Assembly: GCA_032718475.1 (NCBI GenBank)
Contig: JAUCBJ010007985.1
Coordinates: 1-64,000, forward strand
From: Nemertoderma westbladi
Lineage: Eukaryota > Animalia > Xenacoelomorpha
Direction of reading: 5' to 3'
DNA length: 64,000 bases
Position numbers and translations under genes: made by a program. Within the stretch, counting starts at the first letter, position 1. Every line of letters begins with the position of its first letter. Shown here piece after piece: positions 13,595-24,335 of this stretch. Below the pieces are notes generated by a model. That model had not been told where the DNA came from. It made no database searches and worked only from the letters and a program-made list of their open reading frames with translations.

Positions 13595-14085
13595 CTAACT
13601 AACGGTACTACGTACCCTCTAACTCTTCTCTAACTGACGGTACTACGTACCCTCTAATTCTTCTCTAACTAGCGGTACTACGTACCCTCTAACTCTCTAA
13701 CTAACGGTACTACGTACCCTCTAACTCTCTAACTAACGGTACTACGTACCCTCTAACTCTTCTCTAACTGACGGTACTATGTACCCTCTAACTCTTCTCT
13801 AACTAGCGATACTACGTACCCTCTAACTCTCTAACTAACGGTACTACGTACCCTCTAACTCTCTAACTAACGGTACTACGTACCCTCTAACTCTTCTCTA
13901 ACTAGCGGTACTACGTACCCTCTAACTCTCTAACTAGCGGTACTACGTACCCTCTAACTCTCTAACTAGCGGTACTACGTACCTCCTAACTAACTAACTC
14001 TACTAACTGACGGTACTACGTACCTCCTAACTAACTAACTCTAGGTACTACGTACCTTCTAACTGACTCCTAACTAACTAACTAA
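13595..14085. repeat. About 28-31-bp tandem repeat with GGTAC-TAC-GTACC palindromic core, between pol and the accessory ORF of A
   Basis: About 15 units of CTAACT(A/G)(A/G)CGGTACTACGTACCCT... read directly. Confidence 0.92.
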
Positions 14086-14198
14086 CTCCAATTTCTATTT
14101 ATTTATTTTTTTTTTTTATGTGTGGGAAGGGCGTCTCGCCCTCAATCCCACCCCCCTCAGTCCAAAACTTGGACGACTAAACTCTCTCTAACTCCAAA

Positions 14199-15002
14199 TT
14201 AAGGTGCCCCTTCTAACAGACAGCATTTCCCTACTGCTCTTCTGTAGGTTTTTCTGTCCTTTGCACCTATCTTGCCACCTAACCGCACTTCTACCGATCG
14301 GACTCTTCCGTCCTCATCGGAGTAAGTGCCTACAACTCTCGCCAACCGCCACTGGTTGTTGATGATAGTATCATCCGTAACGATTACGAGATCTCCCTCT
14401 CTTAACTCCCTGTTCGGCTTCCTCCACTTGCTTCTTTTATGGAGCGTGGGTAGGTATTCCTCGACCCACCTCCTCCAATACTCTGCGCTGATTGCTTTAG
14501 CGACTTTCCAACTTTGGCGGGAGTGTATGTCGTCTGGATCTACACCCCGCATATCGATGGTCGCTGGCCTTTCCATTAGAAAATGGCTGGGCGTCAGCAC
14601 CTCTAATGACTCAGGGTCATCATTCTCCAGGTATAGCGGTCTGCTATTAATGATACCCTCACACTTCGCAAGTACTGTTCTCAAGACGTCCTCTGTGACC
14701 ATATGGGTATTCATTAATTTTGTCATGAGACGCTTTGAACTGCCCACTAGTCTCTCGACGCATCCTAGCGTATGTGGTGCATACGGCGTCCTTCTTTCCC
14801 ACTTGACTTGTCGTCGTCTCATGGCTGCCCTGACTTCCTCCTCTTCCAAGATGTCCAGGGCCTCTGCCATCTCGTTCTCTGCCCCCACAAAATTGGTACC
14901 GTTGTCGCTGTATAACACTGCGATCGTCCCACCTTTGCGGTCCCTAAACCTTTCTAAAGCATTAATGAATGCTGATGCGGTTGCATCTTGGGCGAGTTCT
15001 AT
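14199..15002 (-). pseudogene. Element A integrase core and C-terminal part, separated from upstream pol by LINE D
   Basis: IELAQD..SAFINALERF, SDNGTNFVG, ERLVG, INSRPL, LTPSHFL, W..ARVV....DG.VR; typical BEL integrase and C-terminus. Confidence 0.93.
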
Positions 15003-15238
15003 CCCTACCGCTGTACTGCTGTACTGCTGTACTGCACGATGCAGGCCTAACATCTGTTGTCTGACAGCTGACTGTCTGATTGCTATGATGTAAAGAAACT
15101 GGTCAAACTATCCTACACCCTACGGATATATTACCAATGGCGCTTTAAATTAGGTACTGGGTTCGCTAAATAATTAATCCTGTAATCTTAGCTTACACTC
15201 ACTCAATCCCTCTGAGAAGGGCAACAGCACACTGAGAA

Positions 15239-15983
15239 ATGGAGGCCGCCGAGATCCTAAAGAAGCTGGACTCTATACAAAAACAAATATCCGATCTCCA
15301 AGTTAAAACGTCTGCTATAGAGGAAAACACTAAAAACCTAGCGGGGTTAAAATCTGCAGTAAATGTTTTGGAACAGAGAAACGAGGTCTTAGAAAAAAAA
15401 AGTTACAGCGCTAGACACGGCCAACGACGATTTAGCCCAATATGTTAGAAGAAATAACATTCTACTTCACGGAGTACCAGAGAAACTCGCACAGTCAGAG
15501 GATCGCGAAGATATCAAGAAAATCCTTTCTGGAATCGATTTAGGACCGGGTCGCGTAGATGTGTTCCATAGACAAGGGCCAAAAGAGTCCAGGCCTACTG
15601 CTTCTGATAAACCGCGCGCTATACTTATTCGTCTATATGGTCATTCGGCTAGGTCTTCTGCCTTTAAGGCCGGTGTTGACCACAAGCTCCCCAGTGGTGC
15701 GTATTTCACTGACCATCTGACAACGCACCGCGCTGCTCTTCTGCGGGAAGCAAAGGTCCTGAAAAGAGAAGGTTTTATCTACGCGGCTTACTCATACAAT
15801 GGGCAAATATTAATTCGCCATGTTGAGAACTCAAGAGCAATATCCGTTTCTACAATCGCCGATCTCGAAAAATATAGATCTCCCTCAGGGCGCCACTTTA
15901 TCTTGTCTGCCTCCTTTATTATTCCTCCTCTACATCAACGACCTCCCAAATGCCTCCTCTCTCTTTACCACCTTATTCGCTGA
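15239..15983 (+). pseudogene. LINE ORF1-like protein (coiled coil + RRM-type), +1 frameshift at A9 run 15393-15401
   Basis: Removing one A gives ...LEKKVTALDTANDDLAQYVRRNNILLHGVPE...VFHRQG...PRAILIRL...YFTDHLT...YSYNGQILIR, typical of LINE ORF1 proteins. Confidence 0.8.
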
Positions 15984-16815
15984 TGACACTACTCTCTTTT
16001 CCCAAAATCAATCGATACAAAATCTTATTAAAAATACAAATATTGAATTAATTAAAATTAGTAATTGGCTTATAGATAACTCGCTTTCACTTAATGTTAA
16101 AAAAACCGAGCATACTTTTTTCAGTAATCGAAACAGTAATAATATTAACAGTTCGCTAACAATAAATGGCATAAATATTAAACAAACAAACGCGGCAAAG
16201 TTTCTTGGAATCTGGTTGGACTCAAAATTATCCTGGAAAATACATATTGAATATTTAATTAAAAAAATATCACGTACGGCAGGTATCTTTTACAAACTTA
16301 GGCATATTTTTCCCTCACTGATAATCAAGCGTCTATATTACTCCCTTGTACATCCTTATCTGCTCTATGGCCTTATCTTGTGGGGGAAGTCGAAAACTAG
16401 CTATATTAAACCACTCCGTATAAAAATTAATAAAATTATCCGATGTATTACATTCAGCCACTTCCAAGCCTCTTCAAACCCAATATATAAATCGCTTCAA
16501 ATCCTGCCATTAAATCTTTTATACACCCACCAAGTCGGCCTACTAATGTTCGATACTCAAAATAACTTATTACCATTATCTGCCACACAGTTTTCTAACT
16601 TGTTTAAAAAAATATCTACAGTACATTCTTATAATACTCGTTCATCGGCAAATCAAAACCTTTACACCCCTTTCGTTCGCTTACTAACTTCCAGACAATC
16701 CATGAATTTCCAAGGTCCTCAGGTCTGGAACTCTATTCCTTTAACAATCCGACAAATAAAATCAAAGCCTCTATTTTCCAAAAAATTTCGGGAATTCTTA
16801 TTTTCTACTATATAA
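15880..16815 (+). pseudogene. 5'-truncated LINE reverse transcriptase (C-terminal half only)
   Basis: PLLFLLYINDL, FADDT, LSLNVKKT, KFLGIWLDSKLSWKIHI, LYYSLVHPYLLYG, HSYNTR. Endonuclease and N-terminal RT domains are absent. Confidence 0.9.
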
Positions 16816-17314
16816 TAATAACTATTATTATTCAGTGATGCCTGTTAATCTATATTTAAGTTACCCCCTCCGATCGCTCGATCAGTCATAATTTCAAATT
16901 AAAAATATTAGTTGCTAAACCGTCAAACATTCAAAAATAATATACTAGATTAGGCCATCCTCTTCTTGTCTCTTTATTCATTTCGTATTTTCTTTTACTA
17001 ACCACAGCAATTAATTTAACTGTGTGTTTCCTATTTTTTACTATTCCGCTGGAGTTTCTGACAAATATATATATATTTTTTTTCCATTCAAATTTTAACA
17101 TTGAAACATAATTTCTTGGAATACCTTAATCATAATACTATAAATACTTACATTCATTACTATTTATATATGTTGCAGTTTGAGTCACGCACTAGCTATG
17201 CTATGTGCCTTAAACTGTAGATATACTGAGCTACATAAATATTAGTTTATTTGTGCAGTAGGCCCATACACCATTATATTCTGTAATGTCTGTTATGTAA
17301 ATTAAATTAAATGA

Positions 17315-19934
17315 TTAAATGATGCGTGTGTTGTTACATACGAATATAATGCCATAGCGTTTCTCCGTGTGTCGCATCACTTTGATCTTTATCGGCCCGA
17401 ACATGTCCACACCGCAATGCGTAAATGGCGGGTCGTGCTGTCTTACTCTACTCGCTGGTAGTGGCGCCATCTCCTGTATGGCTCGCTCCTTCTTCGCTCG
17501 TCGGCAGGTCTGGCACTGCCCCACTACCGCTTTCACCTTCTTCCTCAACTGCTTAACCCAGTAGGTCCTCCTTATCTCCGCGAGGGTTCGGTTGGTGCCC
17601 CCATGCAATATCGACTTGTGGGAGTCCCAGATAATCTGGTGGACTATTGGCGATCCTGTAGGGATGATGATGGGCTTTGGTGGTACGATGATACTGTTGT
17701 TGTAACCCACCCTAGAGTTCATTACAAGAATCCCGTCATCATTAAGTTGTGGTGACAGCGTGGTCAGCTCGCTGTCCCGTCGGAGATGTTGTTGCTTACC
17801 GACACGTTCCACCTCGTCGCCATATTTCTTCCGTTGTTCATAGCGGATGACTGCTTTAGCCGCTTCTTCCAGATCTATGGTTGTCCTGATCTTCTTGCTC
17901 TTACTGACTCCCGTGAGGAAATTCCCGAAGGCTCTCCAGTACGCCACTAATTTCTTGGTCTTATACCAACTAGAGCTGTAGCTGAGGAGTTTATCCGTCG
18001 GGTTATCGCATAGTTCTTGTTTTGGTTGCACGTCCCTAATCTCCCTTACCATCTGGGAGAATATCTCTTCTCCTTCTGAATCTCCCTCTTCTCCCTCTGA
18101 CACTACTTCGGAGCCCGGGTTCACCTTTCTCATCGGCGGCCAGGCCTCCTTGTCGCTCAGAAACTGCGGCCCGTGTTGCCACAATTCTTCCTTTCTTAAG
18201 AAAGTGTGGCGTGCCACGCCCCTCGATAACAAGTCCGCTGGGTTCTCATCCGTAGGGCAGTAGTGCCACCTTTCCAGTTCTGTGGTCGCCCTTATTTCGT
18301 CCACTCTATTTGCGACGAATATCGGGTACCGCGTTTTCTCATTATGTAGCCAGCCAAGCACTACCATGGAATCCGTCCAGTAGTGTTTCTGCACTATGTT
18401 TGGTACTGTATCCATTAGGTAGGTCGTGGCCCTAACTCCTAGTCTCGCAGCTGTTAATTCTAGTTTGGGAACCGATGCCGAATCTGGTGGCGTTGACTTC
18501 GCCTTGCTGAAGGCGAGTCTGGGTTTATGAGCCCCTTCTCGTTGTACTAAATAGAGTGCTGCTCCGTATGCCTCTAATGACGCATCGGAGAACATGTGTA
18601 GGTCCAGGCTCGTCATGTTCCCATCTGGGAAATATACTCGCGGCATGCTGTATGTTCCCATCTGCTCCATGCTCTCCGTCCACTTATGCCACTGCTTTCT
18701 AATCTCTTCCGGGACCTCTGCGTCCCACTCATCCTTTAGTTTGTACACTCTCTTGAGTATTTGTTTTCCCGTGACTAGTAATGGGGATGCTAGGCCTAGG
18801 GGATCGTATATTCTTGCTATGTACGACACATAGCCTCTCTTTGTGTGGATGTCTGCGCCCTCCTGGCTTAACTGGTACTTTAGTTCATCTGTCTCTTTGT
18901 CCCACACGATTCCCAGTGCCTTCTGCTGAGACTCTGTTCTCTTATTCGCCATGTCCTGCCCTTTGGCTGTTGTGGGATTATCCATGGTCGATTCAGGTCT
19001 CCTATCCTCTATCGCCTTGATAAATTCCTCAGAACTGGATTGGAATTTGGTTAGGTTAAAGCCGGATCCCTTAAGGATGTCGCGAACCTCGCGCCCTGTG
19101 TCCAGCAGCTCCTTAACCGTATTTCCAGACTCCATCCCGTCGTCTACGTAAAAGCCGCGTCGAATCATGTCGACGGCTCTAGCGCTACATTTATCCTCCT
19201 TGCCCTTTACCGTGTCTCTTACGGCCATAGTCGTTGTAAATGAAGACGACTTGGCTCCCATGTTCTGCACTATCATCTTATACATTGGTATGGTCGACGG
19301 TTCCTCGTCGCCGTTGTACCATAGGAAGCGTTGACTGTCGCTATCCTCTTCCGTCACACGGACTTGGTTGAACATGCCTTCTATGTCACAGGTGAAGGCG
19401 TGTTTCCCATTTCTAAATCTAAGTAGGACCTCTATCCCTGAGTTGTAAATGTTGGGACCTTCTAGCAGATAGTCGTTTAGACATTTTCCGTTGGTCTTTG
19501 CCGACGCATCCACTACCATCCGTAGTTTACCTTTCTTTGGGTCTAAAGCCACGTGGAGTGGCAGGTAGTAGGTCCTATCCGTGTTTGGTTCGTCGACCGG
19601 TAACTCCACGGCCCATCCTTTCTGATTTTTGATATTAATTGACTCTATGACTTGGATGGGGTCGATGGTTGCCCCGTAGTCGCATCCCGGTGCCACCGCT
19701 GCAATTGCGCACCGTCCGCTTCTCATCTCCAGGACCTCGTCTTTGCTAGAGATCGTTGTTACCGCCATTCTGCTTGGCCTTGTTCTCAATCCTATCTCTT
19801 CGGCCACCCAATCCTCGAGCAATGTGAAGGCAGCTCCACTATCAACCAGCATCAGTGTTGTTACTGATCGATTGCCTTCTCCAATCACTCGCACTGGTAC
19901 TACCCCAAGTAGCACCGTTCCTCTCTTCTTCGCC
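17315..19934 (-). pseudogene. Element A pol: protease, RT, RNase H, integrase N-terminus
   Basis: LVDSGA protease, FYVDDG RT, HMFSDAS RNase H, H..H...CQTC integrase zinc finger. Joins gag at 55000 in frame across element B (TTGA|KKRGTVLLG). Has an apparent in-frame deletion between PR and RT. Confidence 0.93.
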
Positions 19935-21151
19935 TGTTCGCGCTTTCAGACCTTTGGCAGTTTAACCCGCCAAATTAGGATGTCTTCTAGATAATAATTC
20001 GCTTTTAGCCTATGACAAGTATTTGATTCACTACACTAGTCGAAACCAATCTGTGCGCGATCATTCACCCGCTGGATATACCCGGGAGATTGGGTTCGAC
20101 GGCTTAATCTTATTGCTATGTAAGCCTAATGTATTATTCGACTGACAGTATTATATAATCTCTGACAATATTATTCACCTTCGGGAAATATTAACAGTTC
20201 CTTTAGGACGTGGCGCTCTATCTATATAAACAGAGTTATGACTTAAACTACTCACAACGATATGGCCCAGTTATAATTCACATATATGGCGCATTCTTTA
20301 GGAAATGCTTCATTATCAGTATCACTCATACACAATGCTGCACAATACTGCACACTAATCTGCCGATCTTCACTGATTTTAGTCACATATAAAAGGAACA
20401 CGGACCGAATCATGTAGGGTCTATCAAATAACATTAGATTCACTTCAAACCACTTTAACATAAGTCACAATCGTTATATGTAACCTTTCTCTCTTACCTT
20501 CGGTATATCAAGAATATTGGGTTTTCGGGGTTATTTATCGTTATTCCAAATATAATAATTCATCAACCATATTATGAAGGACCGACAGTAAATAGCAGTA
20601 TAACAATATAAAGTATGCACAGTGTATGGTACATGCAGATTTGGTTTGTTTAGTTGAGTTGCACAGTGATTCAGTGTGATAATGGATATATGTCCTTATA
20701 ATTAAGCCTACTAGTGTTAGGCTAAAACAGAAAAGCACAAAATATTTCCAAGCCGCTCTCTCCTGGCTCAGGACTGAATGTAAACACTGCACATAAAGCA
20801 TTGAGTGATTTCTAGGAAATTTCTGTACAAGAGCCATAAAAATGCTCTGATTGGCTGACTGAACTGAGAGACGCCGTAGAACAAAGAAAATCAACACGTA
20901 TGAATATCAGCTGTTAACCGTCGTCATAGTAACTACTGTTCAAGAGTAGCTATCACCCTTTGCGTCACGAATTGCCATAGAATCATCAACTATGCCTTCC
21001 ACAGTACACATACGGAGGAAATAGCTCTTAGATCCTCTAAAAAACACCGATACAGTAATAATACGGTCTCTTACACTTATTAAATCAACTACAGAGTATT
21101 TTAATGTAAAAATAATAAAAATAACGGGGCAATTCAGCAAAGGCTTTTACA
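19935..21151 (-). repeat. Element B 3' LTR (1217 bp)
   Basis: Matches 53783-54999 with about 5 substitutions; PPT GGGAGCGG at 21152-21159 on the minus strand. Confidence 0.97.
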
Positions 21152-21229
21152 CCGCTCCCAGAAAATGGGATTTTCAGTCTATAAAATATAATAATCACAG
21201 TTTCTAAAACCTAAAGATACTCTAAACAG

Positions 21230-23778
21230 TTAGTCTTTCTTACGCGGACGGCGTTTACGCAGTTTCGTGAGGCTAGCAAGAGTCCTTTTCTCTTTGGGGC
21301 GAGCCACTTTACGAGGAGGGCTGTAGCTCCTAGGCGAAGGGTGCAATTCAATTGCATCAGAAGGTGTAGGGTTACGATCGGTATACCCGCCGGTCGAAGT
21401 ACCTGGTTGATTAATATCAACCTCAGTGGAGCGAGGTCTAACGGCCTTTAGAGCGCGTCTCAGGACGGCAGCTCCTACGGGTCCTTGACGGGTCGTCTGG
21501 ACACTAGCGGTGGGTGGACCGTGAGTGGTGAGGAATTTTCTCGGTTTAATGGTTCTCTCCAGCTCGCGTTCTCGTGTTCGATATTCATATGGTCGCCGAG
21601 ATACTTCCTGTAGTTCAGGATGCGAGTTCACAAAGATGTCGCCATACTCAGGGTCCTGACGGATAAAATTGATCAGGTGATATGTGGTTATATCATTAGG
21701 ATTATCGTTTCTAAGGTATTTTCTGACAAACTTGGTGGAAATACACTCACCAACACGCTTCATTAACTCGTAACTTGGTACGCGTGTTTTCTGTTCAATC
21801 GACGCGAATAGATAAGGATGGAACGCGTAAACTCCCTCGTAAGCTCGTCCAGGGTAATAGCGATGTCGGGATTCGCAATGTAAATCCGCGTTCGCTTCCC
21901 AATCTCGGATGTATCGCAGGGTGATCATCTCATCTACGCTCTCTAAATCGCGATTAAAGGGACAATTGTAACTTTCATGTCCTTTAAGTTGACAGTAGTG
22001 ACATTGAGTCATAAATTGTGGGCAGACGGCAAAAATATGAGAGTTATTAAGTCTGCAATAAGCACAATATATTTCCATCATCGGTTGTTCGAGGAAATAG
22101 GAGCAAGGTACGCTCGAGTCTAGAGGGGTGAAGTGGTCTCTCGATGCGCATAATCGACAACGTTTTCGAGATACGTAGTTGGCGTGTCGATAATCGTACG
22201 CTGTGAGACGCTGTGGACCTTGATACCACTCTATGACATAATCATTGTCACTGCTCCGGGAAGCTGTAGGCTGAATCGCTTCTGATTCCAAGCATACTGG
22301 TTCATCTTCCAGCTGTATAGACGAAGTGGGTGCGTCGGTCTCAGTAAGTGGATCCACTGTCTGTATTTCCACGACAGAATAACCTGTAGGTATTCGGGGT
22401 CTTTGTATGACAGATGAATGTAAGTTCTGTATACAAACGTCTTGAAAAACGGCAAATCCAGCGCTACTCAGCTTCTCCGCAGCTGAGTCTCTCAGACTGA
22501 GTTTGGTCAGCGCGCGGTCCTTGAACTGACTGTCGACGTTACGGAACGGAGTCAGAAAGCGCCGGAAACATTCGAAACGTATAAACTTATTGTGTTCGTC
22601 TAACTTGGCGAGTTTAGTTCCAAGTATTAATGGATGAGCGCGTATGGTACGACTGCACACATCGGCTAGCCAACCTGCAAGTGCTGCGTTTTCAAAGATC
22701 GTGTATATAGCTAAGGAAGGGCGAAGTGGAACACTCATAAAGCTATATACGGCACCAGGCGCAGTTAATGGTCCATCAAAATATAAACGAGAGTAATGAT
22801 CTCCATATACTTGCTGGTAATTGGTAGGATTTCCAACTTTGAAATTCCATCCATATTCTTGAAAGGCAAGATGTCCGATGGATGTCCGTTGTACCTTAGT
22901 AATGTCGCTGGGTGTATTGGCATACATAGTGCGAAAGAAACCTCGGCCTTCGGCCCAAGGAGCAATCAGCTGAGTATCAACGAAAGGGTATGGAATGTTT
23001 TCCATATTCCGGAAGTCGTTTTGGAGATCTCCATAAACAGCTGAGCCGATTTTTAGGATTCTTTCGTTAAACAACATTTCGAGCACGGGTTGGGGTAACA
23101 TTGATCCGTCGATACCCATGGCCGGTTTGCGCTCGGTGTCGGTGACGTAACGCTGCGCGAGCTCGAATTGTCCATGTCGAAGTTTCTTTTGTGTCTCCGT
23201 AAGGGTTTCAAAAGAATAATCAATCACGTCGGAACACGCTCGAGTGAATACGTGGGTAGAACCAGCGAGTCCTCGTATATGTATCATTCGCGTAGTTCCT
23301 AGTTCTCCCACCGGAACGCTACCTTCGTTGTCATAAGTAACAACGCCATACATCTCGATAACGTTAAGAGTCTCGTTCCATTCTTTAGTGGCGTTTTCGA
23401 GAGTCATTCCCACTGGATGCCACAAAGTAGCGCATTCGCTAGCATTGGGTAACTCTCTATACTTTAAGCATTGTGTAGTATAGGTTTCCACATCTCCATA
23501 TCGTTTTATTCTTTCTTCCTCGAATAACACGTCAAGATTCCAGTGTACCAATCGAGTTTTAATGAATCCATCAAGATTGTACGGAGGTAATATTTCTTTC
23601 TCTATTCTGGAAATATTATACGGTTTTCGAAATGAGTTTAGTTTAACTAGCTGATCTAGATGTTTTTGTAGTTGTTCGAGTTCGACGAGGTCGAGAGGAT
23701 TGATCAATGGTAGAAACTTCAGACTATGCGTAGGATCTTCTGGTTTTACCATGTAATATTGCTTTAAATTGACGTAAT
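21230..23778 (-). pseudogene. Element B accessory ORF, C-terminal ~849 aa: DEDDy 3'-5' exonuclease-like domain, three zinc knuckles, basic tail
   Basis: VVTYDNEG (ExoI), LPQPVLEMLFNERILKIGSAVYGD (ExoII), FVDTQLIA, SIGHLA..EYGWNFK, PL....IYTIFE (ExoIII-like); CRLC, CAYC and CHYC knuckles. Continues 40016-41720 in frame once element C is removed. Confidence 0.85.
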
Positions 23779-23920
23779 AAGGATGATGAATTATTTCACT
23801 ATAAGGTAGCATTTGTAGTTTAACTTTAACGTAAAAACTTTTGAAAATCCGACGTATTTTGATTAAGTTACAGTAATGTAATATGCCTATTCATATTTGT
23901 ACACATAAAACCCTTAGGTA

Positions 23921-23997
23921 CTCTCGTGGCGTAGTGGTCAGATGGTTAAGGCGTTGGTTACATTACGTAGGTTACGAGTTCGAATCCCAGTCGGGAA
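23921..23997 (+). ncRNA. tRNA-derived (SINE-head-like) segment with Pol III A and B boxes in U3 of LTR C
   Basis: TGGCGTAGTGG...TGGTTAAGGCG (A box/D arm) and GAGTTCGAATCC at 23976-23987 (B box) at tRNA-like spacing. Anticodon arm is degenerate. Confidence 0.65.
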
Positions 23998-24039
23998 ATT
24001 TGTATTTTGGGGCCATTTATTTTCGTGTGGTGCTAATTG

Positions 24040-24335
24040 ATAGGCCAATGAGAAGCGTACAGCGTAGCGAATGATGAGCCAGGCCAATCATAGGGCATAA
24101 ATTATCTTATTGCTCAAATGTGAGGCAGTGGAAAATTCTGTTAGGATTCCATGTCCCAGATTAGTGTAAGGGCCGGACTGCGTTGAACGATGAGCTGGGC
24201 CAATCATAGGGCACGAAGCACTTCATTGCTCAATTGTGAAGCTGTGGAAAATTCTGTTTAGTTTCCATGTGCAATTTCTAGTATAAAAAGGTCGGTTTGC
24301 CTTCGGTTATCACCTTATATTATGTCACTTCTTAC
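24040..24335 (+). promoter_or_regulatory. LTR C Pol II promoter: duplicated ~116-bp unit with CCAAT boxes, TATAAAA at 24282, Inr-like TCACTT at 24325
   Basis: GGCCAAT occurs three times. Two diverged copies of GATGAGC..GGCCAATCATAGGGCA...GTGGAAAATTCTGTT lie upstream of the TATA box. Confidence 0.6.

Larger units (their letters stand above)
15003..17317 (+). mobile_element. Internally deleted non-LTR retrotransposon D (CR1/L2-like), antisense within A's integrase
   Basis: Interrupts CNNTRII / IELAQD. Contains a 5' UTR, ORF1, the RT C-terminal half, an AT-rich 3' UTR and a (TTAAA/TGA)-type short-repeat tail. No TSD evident. Boundaries +/- a few bp. Confidence 0.85.

Noticed and set aside
14199-15053. 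Standalone integrase/transposase gene starting MLGLHR
   Set aside because: The N-terminal 17 residues come from the LINE 5' UTR antisense; the rest is the severed end of A's pol.
20210-21140. Short ORFs within LTR B and LTR C that appear twice in the window
   Set aside because: Duplicated only because the LTRs are duplicated; no coding motifs.
21230-23812. Independent 860-aa gene starting MLPYSEII, or an env gene
   Set aside because: The first ~10 codons come from the antisense of LTR C; the true N-terminus is at 41720. No signal peptide, furin site/fusion peptide or TM anchor is apparent.
23921-23997. Functional tRNA gene
   Set aside because: The anticodon arm does not pair and the acceptor stem is weak; kept only as a tRNA-derived element.
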